A program made the translations under genes and the position numbers. The notes beneath the pieces are model-generated. The model did no database searches and had not been told where the DNA came from. It saw nothing but the letters and a program-made list of their open reading frames with translations. From NCBI GenBank assembly GCA_963555815.3, contig CAUVWX020000001.1, positions 1,152,001-1,216,000 on the forward strand: a stretch of DNA of 64,000 bases, written 5' to 3'. How positions within the stretch are numbered: the first letter of the stretch is position 1; each line of letters starts with the position of its first letter. Below are positions 18,298 through 31,679 of the stretch, piece after piece. Source of the DNA: a bacterium (GTDB lineage Bacteria > UBA8248 > JACPRG01 > G963555815).

Positions 18298-19701
18298 TCA
18301 GGGTTGCTGCTTCAGGGCGAGGAAGAGGGTGGCTCGGTCTCGGTTGATGAGGAGAAGGGTAGAGGGATTCTTTTGGGCCTCTTCGATGAGGCGGTGGTAA
18401 ACCGGGAGAGCAGTGACCTTCTGGCTATTGATCTCCAAGATCACGTCCCCAGGTCGAAGGCCGGAGCTCTGGGCGGGGCTGTTGTCTTCCACACGGGACA
18501 CGATGACGCCTTCATTGGTCTCAAGGTTCAGTTGTCTTGCAAGATCTGGGGGGAGGGCGCGGACCTCGATGCCCAAGCGTTCCGGCGGAACAGACCGCTT
18601 CGAGACTTCCAAGTCCCCTAGGCGGACCTCCAGGTCAAGGGAGTCGAACTTCCTCATGACTTCGAGATGGACCTGAGCCCCCGGCTCGGTGCCCCCCACA
18701 AAGCGGGGAAGATCCTCCACCCTCTGGATGGACTTCCCGTTGAACTTCAAAATCACATCGCCTTGGCGAATTCCTCCGGCCGCGGCCGGTCCTCCTTCGG
18801 TCACCTCGGCCACCAGGGCCCCTTCCTTTGTCCGAAGGCCGAGGGACTGGGCAAGGTCCTGGGTCACCTCCTGGATGACGACGCCGAGCCAGCCCCGGCG
18901 TACCTTACCGTGGGCCGTTAAGTCCGCGAGGACATGCTTGGCGAGGTTGATGGGGATGGCGAAACCTACTCCCAAGCTGTCTCTGACGATGGCCGTGTTA
19001 ATGCCGATGACCTCACCCTGATCGTTCAGGAGGGGGCCTCCGGAGTTGCCCACATTGATATAGGCGTCCGTCTGGATATAGTTGTCGTAGGGTCCAGACC
19101 CGATGATTCTCCCCTTGGCGCTCACCACCCCCACCGTGACGGTCTGAGCAAGGCCAAAGGGGCTCCCAATCGCCATGGCCCATTCCCCCACCTCGAGTTG
19201 GTCCGAGTCCCCCAGCATTGCTGCAGGGAGGGGTTCCCCGACCTTGATGCGGAGGAGGGCGAGGTCTGTGTTGGCGTCTGTCCCGATGACCTCGGCGTCA
19301 AATTCGCGACGATCGTGGAGGGAGACCTTGATGCGCGTGGCCCTCTCTATCACGTGGAAATTGGTCAAGATGAGGCCCTTTGGGTCGATGATAAAGCCGG
19401 AGCCCAAGCTGTGGCGGCCCGGGTTGTTCTGCTGAGGCCCAAAGTCAGGAACAACCCCGGGATAGTTGGGACGGCCCGGCCTCCCACCAAGGGGTCCTGG
19501 AAACCGCCGAGCCGGGACGGGCTCCGTGGTGCTGATATTGACGACCATGGGCTTTTGGGATTTGGCGATCTCGACGAAAGTGCGAGAACCAAAGGGATGG
19601 GGGGCGTTCCCTTGCGCCCTCGCCTCAGAATGTAGTGCCCAGAGCGCGAGGAGGGCGGCCCCGCTAAGTGCGAGAAACCTCTGTGGACGGGACCGTCCCA
19701 T
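18298..19701 (-). CDS. degP: HtrA/DegP serine protease with two PDZ domains
   Basis: Signal peptide, SLGSGFII, TNFHV, DLALL, QTDAYINVGNSGGPL, two PDZ domains. Confidence 0.9.
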   Translation of the reverse strand: MGRSRPQRFLALSGAALLALWALHSEARAQGNAPHPFGSRTFVEIAKSQKPMVVNISTTEPVPARRFPGPLGGRPGRPNYPGVVPDFGPQQNNPGRHSLGSGFIIDPKGLILTNFHVIERATRIKVSLHDRREFDAEVIGTDANTDLALLRIKVGEPLPAAMLGDSDQLEVGEWAMAIGSPFGLAQTVTVGVVSAKGRIIGSGPYDNYIQTDAYINVGNSGGPLLNDQGEVIGINTAIVRDSLGVGFAIPINLAKHVLADLTAHGKVRRGWLGVVIQEVTQDLAQSLGLRTKEGALVAEVTEGGPAAAGGIRQGDVILKFNGKSIQRVEDLPRFVGGTEPGAQVHLEVMRKFDSLDLEVRLGDLEVSKRSVPPERLGIEVRALPPDLARQLNLETNEGVIVSRVEDNSPAQSSGLRPGDVILEINSQKVTALPVYHRLIEEAQKNPSTLLLINRDRATLFLALKQQP

Positions 19702-19830
19702 CTAACCTCCCCGTCACCATCATCGGTCCGTCTCTTGAGGAAGTGCTCATCCGAGTCGCATTGACGCCAGAACCTTGGGATGCTAATTTAACTTTATTCC
19801 CTTAAGAGTCTTTTTGTAAAGGGAGTTTTT

Positions 19831-20954
19831 TTGTGGCAAAAGTTAGCAGGAGAGCCCCTCTTGGGCGAAACAACAAAGGGTCTTTTAGACGATTCCGCTC
19901 ACCGAAGCCGAGTGGATCGTCATGGCATGTTCGAGATTCTGGGGAGATGGCCAGAACAGTGGACGGAAGCGACGAAGCTGGCGCGCCAGGTGGCCGACTC
20001 CCGGGACTCGAAGGGCCTGGATGAAACCGCCCATGTCGTCGTAGCGGGTATGGGGGGGTCAGCCATCGGGGGTGACCTCCTTCGCTCCTGCACGTCGGAC
20101 ACCCTCGGCGTCCCCCTCGTTGTCTCCAGGTCCCACCTGCTCCCCGCCTTCGTGAGCGGGAAGACGCTCTTCATTGCTGTCAGTTACTCCGGGAACACCG
20201 AGGAGACCCTGTCGGCCGCCGCCCTTGCCCGTCAGGCGGGCGCCCGGGTGATCGCCGTGGCGAGCGGGGGAAGGCTTGCGGCCGAATGCCGAGAGAGCGG
20301 CGAACAGGTTATTTGCGTTCCTTCTGGGCTTCCACCCCGCCAGGCCCTTGCCTTCCTCTTTTTGCCTCTTCTGGGTTTGCTTCAAGGGTTAGGTTTCTTG
20401 GGTGACCAGGGAGCGGCCATGGAAGAGACAGAAAGGCTCCTGAAGGTTCTGGTGGACCGCTACGGACCGGATCGGCCAAGTGGCAAAAATCCCGCCAAGG
20501 ACCTGGCGGCGGTTCTTTTTGAGCGAATTCCCGTCATCTACGGTGTCCAGGACAGGACCGACGCTGTCGCCCTGAGGTGGCGGGGTCAGTTTCACGAGAA
20601 CAGCAAGGTCTGGGCCTCGGCCAATGTCCTTCCCGAGCTGGACCACAACGAGGTGACGGCCTTTGGCTCCCTCCCAGAGCTGACGCGGGCGCGCCTCCAC
20701 GTCGTCTTCCTCGAGGACAGTGAGGACAGCCCTCGGGTCACTCGCCAGATTGAGCTGACGCGGGACATCATCACCCCGCAGGTGGCTGGGGTGACCCGCG
20801 TGAGGGCCGAGGGGGAGGGCCGCCTGGCGCGGCTTTTCTCCCTGGTCGTGCTGGGTGATTTTGCGAGCTGTTACCTGGCCCTGCTCTACGGCGTGGACCC
20901 TCTCCCCGTCCCTGTTATCGAGAATTTGAAAAGGGCGCTGGCGGAGGGCGAGGA

Positions 20955-20958
<4 letters not shown>
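19831..20958 (+). CDS. bifunctional phosphoglucose/phosphomannose isomerase (SIS fold)
   Basis: [44 protein letters not shown]. Start codon uncertain. Confidence 0.88.
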
Positions 20959-22762
<1,804 letters not shown>

Positions 22763-22875
22763 ATGAGAGAAGATTTCGAGGACAGGAGACCGAGGTCTCC
22801 GGTATAATTTTAAGAAACTCGAGTATTTTAAGAACACGATCGTGACTCCCAGGACATAAGGAAAACGTTTTCGCC

Positions 22876-23616
22876 ATGATGAGAGATGCTGCGACCCAAG
22901 ATGACTTTCTCCGGGAAACCCCTCAGGACGTAGGGCGGAAGAAAAAGAGAAAAGGCCTCTTTCGAGAGTACGCCGAGGCCATCCTGCTGGCTCTTGTCTT
23001 GGCCCTGCTGTTGAGGGCCTTTGTGGTTCAGGCCTTCAAGATTCCTTCAGGTTCCATGAAAGAGACCCTTCAGATCGGGGATCATATCCTGGTGAACAAG
23101 CTTCTCTACCGGACCTGGTCCAAGGAGGACCTGGCGGAAGTTTTTGAGGTCATCCCCTTCCTGGGAGACGCGGTTAAGAGCCTCACCGTACGCCTCCCCT
23201 TCGACTATCATTTTCGTTTCAAGAATGTTCAGCGTGGCGACGTGGTGGTCTTTAAATTCCCCAGAGATGAGAGTAGGGATTTCATCAAACGGGTGATCGG
23301 TTTATCAGGGGAGGTGGTGGAGGTCCGAGGCCGCACCGTGTTCATTGACGGCGAACCCCTGGATGAACCCTACGCCCAGTACGACGAAGTGGGGCCTCAG
23401 GGGTCCTTTGCCACGCGCGAGCGCTACGGGCCGGAACGTGTCCCCGAAGGGCACCTCTTCATGATGGGTGATAACCGGGATAACAGCCTCGATAGCCGGG
23501 CTTGGGGATTCCTCGACATGGACAACGTCAAGGGGGAGGCCTTCATCGTCTACTGGTCCTGGAATGGGGGCGACACCTCGGTTCGCTGGAACCGCTTGGG
23601 ACACCTCCTCTTCTGA
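22876..23616 (+). CDS. lepB: signal peptidase I
   Basis: TM segment, IPSGSM, FIKRVIG, GDNRDNSLDSR. Follows lepA. Confidence 0.95.
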   Translation: MMRDAATQDDFLRETPQDVGRKKKRKGLFREYAEAILLALVLALLLRAFVVQAFKIPSGSMKETLQIGDHILVNKLLYRTWSKEDLAEVFEVIPFLGDAVKSLTVRLPFDYHFRFKNVQRGDVVVFKFPRDESRDFIKRVIGLSGEVVEVRGRTVFIDGEPLDEPYAQYDEVGPQGSFATRERYGPERVPEGHLFMMGDNRDNSLDSRAWGFLDMDNVKGEAFIVYWSWNGGDTSVRWNRLGHLLF

Positions 23617-23742
23617 GGGGAGGGGGGGCGGCTCACCGTCGAGACAGCGCTTAGCTGGGGCTCAGTTTTCTTCTCCCATCGTCACCACCAGCCTCTTTTA
23701 ACCACCAGCCATCCTGCTTAGCCCTGAAGAGGGGCCGCCTCC

Positions 23743-24597
23743 TCACTCGGAACTCCCCCGAGCGGGAATGGAGTTTTCTTCTCTCTTGGGTCCTCTCGAA
23801 AGGGATCCCAGGCACTCGGAGAGGTGGGCGAACTCCTCAATGCCGATGGTCTCGGCCCGCCTCCTCGGGTCCACCCCGGCTTCCCGAATGGCCTCAGCCA
23901 GCTCCCCCGTCGCCGCCCAACGCGGGTAAAGAACCTTGAGATTATTGAGAAGCGTTTTTCGTCTCTGGGAGAAGCTTGCCCGCAAGACTTGGTCGAAGAG
24001 ATCGGGGTCTTTCAAGGGGACTCGGGGGGTTCGTCTCGGGGTGATCCGAATCACGGTGGATGAGACCCTGGGCGGAGGAGAGAAGGCCTTGGGCGGCACA
24101 TCGAAGCCCAGGACGACCTCGTTCCAGAGCTGAACGGCGATGGAGAGAGTTCCATAAGCCTTTCGGCCGGGTTGCGCCGAAAGTCGCTGGGCCACTTCCC
24201 TCTGGAGCATGAAGATCATCTTGTTGACGGCCTCGCGAAGGGGAAGAAGTCGCAAGAGGATGCCCGTGGCGGCATAGTAGGGGAGATTTCCGATGACCGT
24301 GATCCCAGGGCCAAGGGAGGCAAAATCGAACGAGAGTGCGTTGGCCTGAAGAACTTCGACGTGGGGGACCTCGGCGAATTCCCGCTTTAGCCGAGAGACC
24401 AGATCGGGGTCGATCTCGAGAGCCGTGAGGTGGCCTCCACCTGAGAGAACCCGAGCCAGACGTCGGGTCAGGGCCCCCCGGCCCGCCCCGATCTCCAGGA
24501 CCCGCTCCTTGCCCTCCAGGCGGGCGAAGGCCGCTATCCGGTCGAGGATGTAGCGGTTACTCAGGAAGTGTTGACCGATGGGGGGGCGTCGGGTCAT
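23743..24597 (-). CDS. rsmA: 16S rRNA m6,2A dimethyltransferase
   Basis: GQHFL, LEIGAG.G.LT, GNLPY, MLQREVA, F.PPPRV.S, FSQRRKTL. Confidence 0.95.
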   Translation of the reverse strand: MTRRPPIGQHFLSNRYILDRIAAFARLEGKERVLEIGAGRGALTRRLARVLSGGGHLTALEIDPDLVSRLKREFAEVPHVEVLQANALSFDFASLGPGITVIGNLPYYAATGILLRLLPLREAVNKMIFMLQREVAQRLSAQPGRKAYGTLSIAVQLWNEVVLGFDVPPKAFSPPPRVSSTVIRITPRRTPRVPLKDPDLFDQVLRASFSQRRKTLLNNLKVLYPRWAATGELAEAIREAGVDPRRRAETIGIEEFAHLSECLGSLSRGPKREENSIPARGSSE

Positions 24598-25679
24598 GGC
24601 CGAACAGAGGGGCCCTTTTGTCTCCTCAAGTGGCGGGCCCGCTGAAGGGTGAGCCTTGAGGCCAAGCGCAGGGCGGCGATGAGACCCTCGGGGTCGGCCT
24701 TGCCTTGGCCCGTGATGTCAAAAGCAGTTCCGTGGGCGGGGGAGGTCCGCACGAAGGGAAGCCCCAGGGTGACGTTGACGGCCTTCCCACGGCCGAGAAC
24801 CTTGGCGGCGATGAGGCCCTGGTCGTGATACATGGCCAGGACGGCTCGAAAGCGCCGGGGGCGGGCAAAGAGCGCATCTGCGGGAAAGGGCCCCTGGACC
24901 GAGATTCCCTCTCTTGTGGCCTGGCGTACCGCGGGGATGATCTTCCGCTCCTCTTCGGACCCCAAGAGGCCCGACTCCCCGGAGTGGGGGTTGAGCGCGC
25001 AGACGTCGATTGAGGAGTCCCTTTGGCCCAGACCCCTGAGCCATCCGTCAAGGAGACGGAGCTTGGACAGGATGGCCTGGGTGGTGATGGCCCCTGAAAC
25101 CTTCGAGAGGGGGAGGTGGGTCGTGACGAGGCCGATCCAGCCCTGCCGGATGAAGAAGGCCATCATGTGATCTCGAGCCTGACACAGATCGGCGAGGAGC
25201 TCCGTATGCCCCGGGTAGTCGGTCCCTGCCAGGTCCCAGGAAACCTTGTGGATGGGGGCCGTGACGACGGCGTCCACCTGTCCCGAGAGGGCCAGCCGGG
25301 CTGCCCGACGGACATAGGCGAGGGAGGCCTTTCCGGTCGGTGCGCTCGTCTCTCCGACACGAACGCCCCGCAGGCGCGTCTCCCCCTCGTGCCAGAGGGC
25401 GGGGGAGGGGGTCTTGTGCAAGCGGTTTTCTCCCTTCGGTCTGACGGTATGAAGGCGGGAGAAGCTGGCGACGAGGCCGAGGGAGCGAGCCGTTTCCGCG
25501 AGCCAGCCCCGGTGTCCAACCACCAGGAGATGGCTTTCTTTGAGCACATGAGGGTTTTTTAGGGCCTTGAGGACGATCTCGGGACCGATCCCCGCGGGGT
25601 CCCCCATGGTGAGGGCGATCCGGGGCAGGGTGGGGTTCCCGGAGCTGTAAGTAGGGTGTTCCCCTCTGGGGATTTTCAT
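24594..25679 (-). CDS. pdxA: 4-hydroxythreonine-4-phosphate dehydrogenase
   Basis: TMGDPAGIGPE, TAPIHK, GHTE, LNPHSGE, MYHDQG, RTSPAHGTAFDI. Confidence 0.93.
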   Translation of the reverse strand: MKIPRGEHPTYSSGNPTLPRIALTMGDPAGIGPEIVLKALKNPHVLKESHLLVVGHRGWLAETARSLGLVASFSRLHTVRPKGENRLHKTPSPALWHEGETRLRGVRVGETSAPTGKASLAYVRRAARLALSGQVDAVVTAPIHKVSWDLAGTDYPGHTELLADLCQARDHMMAFFIRQGWIGLVTTHLPLSKVSGAITTQAILSKLRLLDGWLRGLGQRDSSIDVCALNPHSGESGLLGSEEERKIIPAVRQATREGISVQGPFPADALFARPRRFRAVLAMYHDQGLIAAKVLGRGKAVNVTLGLPFVRTSPAHGTAFDITGQGKADPEGLIAALRLASRLTLQRARHLRRQKGPSVRP

Positions 25680-25701
25680 GTAGAGAGATTCTACCACGCG
25701 G

Positions 25702-25730
25702 TTGACTTTTCGAAGGCAAATGTGTAAGAT
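25702..25730 (+). promoter_or_regulatory. sigma70-type promoter of TCA operon
   Basis: TTGACT, 17 nt spacer, TAAGAT, preceded by TGTG (extended -10). Confidence 0.6.
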
Positions 25731-25938
25731 TTAAACTCATTCAGCGGGATAAAATCTCGCTAACCCACGCATTTTTTCACATTTTTAGCAAGTCCGGTGT
25801 TTTCACCCAGTAGGGGTGGATTCCCCGGCCGATGGGGTGGACCGGGTCGAGACTTAGAAGCGGCTCGGAGAAGCCATAGCAGCGCCTTGTTTGCCCCAAA
25901 AGGGGCGAGAAGTTTGAGCCGTGACAAGAGGGGACAGA

Positions 25939-27090
25939 ATGGCCAAGCAAGCTGTGGAGAAAGCAGAATACGCCAGGGGATTAGAGGGCGTTGTCACGAA
26001 CGAGACGGCCGTCGGCTACGTGGATGGCGTGAAAGGGCAGCTCGTCTATCGGGGTTACAGCATTGAGGACCTCGCCGAGCATTCCAGCTACGAGGAGACG
26101 ACCTACCTTCTGCTCTTTGGAAAGCTTCCGACCCGGCAGGAGCTGGATGGTTTTAAGGCGAAACTCGTCAGCCATCGGCCCATCCCCGGCCAGGTCATCG
26201 ATGTTCTGAGGGCTCTTCCACGTTCCGCCCACCCCATGGCGATGCTTCGAACCGGAATTTCCTCCCTCGGCTGTTTTAACCCCACGGCAGATCAGGCCAC
26301 TGTTGAGAACGACACCGAGATTGGCTTCAAACTCATCGCCCAGATGGCAACGGTCACGGCGGCCGTTGCTCGGATTCGAAAGGGGGCAGATCCCGTGGAT
26401 CCGGACCCCTCGCTCGACCACACGGCCAACTTCCTCCACATGGCCGGTGGGAAGAAGCCCGATCCTTTCATTACCCGTGTCATGGACGTCGCCCTCATCC
26501 TCCACGCGGACCATGGGAATAACGCCTCAACCTTCAGCTGTATGGCGGTCAATTCCTCTCTCTCGGATCTTTATTCCGCCATCGTGGCGGGTATCGGCAG
26601 CCTCAAGGGGCCCCTTCATGGAGGGGCGAACGAGCAGGCCCTGAAAGAGCTTCTCTCTATCAGTTCCCCGGATCATGTGGATGGCTACGTTGAGAAGCGC
26701 CTTAAGGAGAAGAAGAAGTTCATCGGTTTTGGCCACCGGGTTTACAAGACCTATGATCCTCGGGCCAAGATCCTGGGCCGATATTCCAAGGAGGTGACCG
26801 AGAGGAAAGGGATGGATCATCTCCATGAGACCGCCAGGCGGCTGGAAGAGCGAGTGGTCGCCGAGTTCGGCGAACGGGGAATCTTCACGAATGTGGACTT
26901 TTACTCGGGGACCATTTACCACAGCCTGGGTTTCGAGGCCCCGATGTTCACCACGCTGTTTGTCGTGAGCCGCATCGCTGGCTGGGTGGCCCGGATTCTG
27001 GAATACCTCCCCGAAAACCGGCTTTTTCGCCCTCGGGCGCTCTATGTGGGAGAGGTCGGGGCGCACTACGTACCGATTGATCAGCGCTGA
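25939..27090 (+). CDS. gltA: citrate synthase
   Basis: GLEGV, LHADH..NAST, GPLHGGAN, GFGHRVYK..DPR, NVDFYSG. Confidence 0.93.
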   Translation: MAKQAVEKAEYARGLEGVVTNETAVGYVDGVKGQLVYRGYSIEDLAEHSSYEETTYLLLFGKLPTRQELDGFKAKLVSHRPIPGQVIDVLRALPRSAHPMAMLRTGISSLGCFNPTADQATVENDTEIGFKLIAQMATVTAAVARIRKGADPVDPDPSLDHTANFLHMAGGKKPDPFITRVMDVALILHADHGNNASTFSCMAVNSSLSDLYSAIVAGIGSLKGPLHGGANEQALKELLSISSPDHVDGYVEKRLKEKKKFIGFGHRVYKTYDPRAKILGRYSKEVTERKGMDHLHETARRLEERVVAEFGERGIFTNVDFYSGTIYHSLGFEAPMFTTLFVVSRIAGWVARILEYLPENRLFRPRALYVGEVGAHYVPIDQR

Positions 27091-27179
27091 GCTATCGAGG
27101 GTGGTTGGAAGGAGAAATGCACCCCTAAGCGGGAGGGGGAGGATGGCCCTTCCGAAGGGCGGGATCACAGGAGTGCAGC

Positions 27180-28415
<1,236 letters not shown>

Positions 28416-28422
28416 GGTCTCC

Positions 28423-29352
28423 ATGAAAAGACCGAAGATTACCATCGTGGGATCCGGAAACGTCGGGGCCACGGCTGCTCATTGGGCCGTTGCCAAAGCG
28501 CTTGGGGACGTGGTCCTGGTCGATATCGTCGAAGGAGTGCCCCAGGGCAAGGGCTTGGATCTCCTCCAGGCCGGGCCCGTGGAGGGTTTTGACTGCCGCG
28601 TCGTCGGCTCCAACAGCTACGCCGAGACCAAGGGCTCTGACGTGGTGGTCATTACGGCCGGGGTTCCTCGAAAGCCGGGGATGAGCCGGGAAGATCTCCT
28701 CGACACCAACGCCAAGATCATGAAGTCCGTGACTCAGGAGGTGGTCAAGGCCTCCCCCAACACCATCCTCCTCGTTGTCTCTAATCCGCTGGACGTCATG
28801 GCGTATGTGGCAAAGCAGGTGAGCGGGTTCCCCCGGGAGCGGGTGGTCGGCATGGCGGGTATTTTGGATACGGCCCGCTTTCGAACCTTCATCGCCGAGG
28901 CGGCGGGGGTCTCGGTAGAGGACATCATGGCCCTTGTCCTTGGCGGCCACGGAGACTCCATGGTCCCCTTGGTCCGTTGCACCTCCATTGGTGGGATCCC
29001 GGTGACCGAGTTTCTTCCCAAAGAAAAGATCGATGAGATTGTCGAGCGGACGCGAAACGGCGGGGCGGAGATTGTGAGCTACCTTAAGATGGGGAGTGCC
29101 TTCTACGCTCCGGGGGCGGCCATTGTCCAGATGCTGGAGGCCATCTTACAGGATAAAAAGCGGATCCTCCCCTGTTCGGCCTACCTCGAAGGGGAGTATG
29201 GCGTTGAGGGTGTCTTTCTCGGGGTTCCTGTCAAGCTTGGCGCTCGGGGGATGGAAGGGGTTATTGAGGTCCCCCTCGCCGACGAGGAACGCGAGGCCCT
29301 CATGAAATCGGCCAAGGCGGTCCAGGGCTCCATTCAGCACTTAAAGCTTTGA
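28423..29352 (+). CDS. mdh: malate dehydrogenase (LDH-like)
   Basis: [33 protein letters not shown]. Confidence 0.95.
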   Translation: MKRPKITIVGSGNVGATAAHWAVAKALGDVVLVDIVEGVPQGKGLDLLQAGPVEGFDCRVVGSNSYAETKGSDVVVITAGVPRKPGMSREDLLDTNAKIMKSVTQEVVKASPNTILLVVSNPLDVMAYVAKQVSGFPRERVVGMAGILDTARFRTFIAEAAGVSVEDIMALVLGGHGDSMVPLVRCTSIGGIPVTEFLPKEKIDEIVERTRNGGAEIVSYLKMGSAFYAPGAAIVQMLEAILQDKKRILPCSAYLEGEYGVEGVFLGVPVKLGARGMEGVIEVPLADEEREALMKSAKAVQGSIQHLKL

Positions 29353-29363
29353 GGGCCGGAGGA

Positions 29364-31679
29364 ATGAACCTGACCCATGCGACCCCGCAGGGAGAGACAG
29401 GGTCAGGTCCAGCCCTTCAGGAAATTCAGAGTGTCCTGAATGGGCGACGGCTCGTCGTCGTCTCCAACCGGGCGCCCTATGCGCGCCATCGTAGAGAGGG
29501 AGACGTCCGATGGGTGCGCGCAACCGGTGGGCTCGTCTCCGCCCTGGACCCCGTGCTTCAGGAGTGCCGGGGACTTTGGATTGCCGCCGGGACCCTGAAC
29601 GCCGACGGGACCGCTGAAGATCCACAGGGGTCTGTCGCCCTCCCCCCCGATCATCCTCGCTACACCCTCCAGCGCGTGTGGCTCACCGAATCCGAGGTCC
29701 GAGGCTTCTACTATGGATTCTCGAACGGCGTCCTTTGGCCCCTGTGCCATCTTCAGATGGACAAGGTGCGCTATCGAGAGACCGCCTGGCGCCGCTATCG
29801 AGAGGTGAATGAAAAGTTTGCCGCCGCCGTGGCCGAATCCGCCCGGCCCGATGACGTCATCTGGTGGCAGGATTACCATCTTGCCCTAGCCTCCGCCTTT
29901 CTGAGGGCCCGAAGGCCCGACCTCCTCCAGATCCATTTCTGGCATATTCCCTGGCCCCCCTGGGACATCTTTCGGACCTGCCCTTGGCGTGAGGATCTCC
30001 TAGAGGGCCTCCTCGCCAGCGATCTCCTGGGGTTTCACCTTCAACGATTTTGCGACAACTTCCTCCACTGTGCCGTGGCGGCCCTGGGGGTGCGGGTCAC
30101 TGGGGAAGAGGGGGAATTCAGCCACCAAGAACGAACAGGGCAGGTGAGTCCTTTTCCCATCAGTATTGATTTCTACGAATGGGAGCGAAACGCCCAGTCC
30201 CCCTCAGTAGAGCGCCATCGCCTCCGTCTCTCGCACCCCTTCGAGGTGATGGGGATCGGCGTGGACCGTCTGGACTATACAAAGGGGATTCTGGAGCGTT
30301 TTATTGCCCTTGAGCGCTTCTATGACCGCTACCCCGAACACAGGGGCCGGGTGGGGTTTGTTCAGGTGGCAGTGCCCAGCCGGACCCAGTTGGCCGACTA
30401 CCAGGACTATCGGGCGAAGGTCGAAGCGCAGATTAATCGCATCAATCAACGCTATCAGGTGGGGGATTCCCCGCCCGTCCGGTTTCTCTACCGGAGCTTA
30501 CCCCGGGATGAGCTCATCGCCTACTATCGCCTGGCGGACTTTGCCATCGTGAGTTCGCTCCATGACGGGATGAATCTGGTGGCCAAGGAGTTCATCGCCT
30601 GTCAGGTGGACCAAAAGGGTATCCTCATCTGTAGTGAGTTCGCCGGTGCCGCCGAGGAGCTGGAGAACGCCCTGATCATTAATCCCTATGACTCTGAGGG
30701 CTTTGCGCAGACCCTGAAAGAGGCCGTCGAGATGCCAGTCGAGGAACAGGCCCAGCGGATGGAAGGGCTGCGAGGGCACGTCGCCCGGTATCATATTTTC
30801 AGGTGGTGCGCCGATATCCTAGCCGCCGCCCCCAAAAGAGCCGCTCCCCCTTTCCTCAGGGGTCCCGAGCCGCCCCCGCCAGGGACTTCTGCCCGTCCCC
30901 TGAAGACCGACGCAGAGGCCGCCAAGGCGAGCTTCGCAATCACCCCGACTCCTGCTCTTCTCCTTGACTACGACGGGACCCTCACCCCCATCGCTCCATC
31001 TCCCCAGTCGGCCAAGCTCTCAGCGAGGGCGATAGGCCTTCTGGAGGGACTCAAGGGGTGCGGGGTGTCCGTGGGGATCTTGAGTGGACGTGCCCTCTCT
31101 GATCTAAAGGAGCGGGTCCCCCTCTTTGGGATCACCCTGTCGGGAAACCACGGCCTGGAGATGGAGGGACCGGAGGGCTCCTGGCACCATCCCGAAGCAG
31201 TCCAAAGGCGACCTCTTTTTGCTCGTCTGGCCTCCTCTCTCGAGGAGACCTTCAATGAGGAGCCGGGCGTTTGGGTGGAGGACAAGGGGTTCTCCCTCAG
31301 CCTCCATTACCGCGGGTCCCCTCCTGAGCGAACTGCCGTTATCCGATCGAGGGCAGAGGCCGTGGCCTCAGATTTTGTGGGGATTAGGCTCCGCCGAGGG
31401 AAAAAGGTGATAGAATTTCGCCCAGACATGGACTGGAATAAGGGGAGCCTGCTTCTTCGCCTGATGGAGAAATGGCGGCCGGGGTGGATCCTCTACGCCG
31501 GAGACGACGAGACGGACGAGGACGCCTTTCGGGCAATGGTCGGCGGAGGTTGGGAGGGAATGGCCCTGCGGGTTGGGGAATTTTCTTCCTCAACCTGGGC
31601 AACTCATTGGGCAAAAAACCCGGAGGAGCTGCTGGATTTCCTTGCCCTCCTTCTTTCGGCAAAGAGGAATGGGTCATGA
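29364..31679 (+). CDS. fused trehalose-6-phosphate synthase (GT20) / HAD trehalose phosphatase
   Basis: VSNRAP, GGLVSAL, QDYHL, GVDRLDYTKG, DGMNLVAKE, SEFAGAA, then HAD motifs LDYDGTL, SGR and GDDETDEDAF. Confidence 0.9.
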   Translation: MNLTHATPQGETGSGPALQEIQSVLNGRRLVVVSNRAPYARHRREGDVRWVRATGGLVSALDPVLQECRGLWIAAGTLNADGTAEDPQGSVALPPDHPRYTLQRVWLTESEVRGFYYGFSNGVLWPLCHLQMDKVRYRETAWRRYREVNEKFAAAVAESARPDDVIWWQDYHLALASAFLRARRPDLLQIHFWHIPWPPWDIFRTCPWREDLLEGLLASDLLGFHLQRFCDNFLHCAVAALGVRVTGEEGEFSHQERTGQVSPFPISIDFYEWERNAQSPSVERHRLRLSHPFEVMGIGVDRLDYTKGILERFIALERFYDRYPEHRGRVGFVQVAVPSRTQLADYQDYRAKVEAQINRINQRYQVGDSPPVRFLYRSLPRDELIAYYRLADFAIVSSLHDGMNLVAKEFIACQVDQKGILICSEFAGAAEELENALIINPYDSEGFAQTLKEAVEMPVEEQAQRMEGLRGHVARYHIFRWCADILAAAPKRAAPPFLRGPEPPPPGTSARPLKTDAEAAKASFAITPTPALLLDYDGTLTPIAPSPQSAKLSARAIGLLEGLKGCGVSVGILSGRALSDLKERVPLFGITLSGNHGLEMEGPEGSWHHPEAVQRRPLFARLASSLEETFNEEPGVWVEDKGFSLSLHYRGSPPERTAVIRSRAEAVASDFVGIRLRRGKKVIEFRPDMDWNKGSLLLRLMEKWRPGWILYAGDDETDEDAFRAMVGGGWEGMALRVGEFSSSTWATHWAKNPEELLDFLALLLSAKRNGS

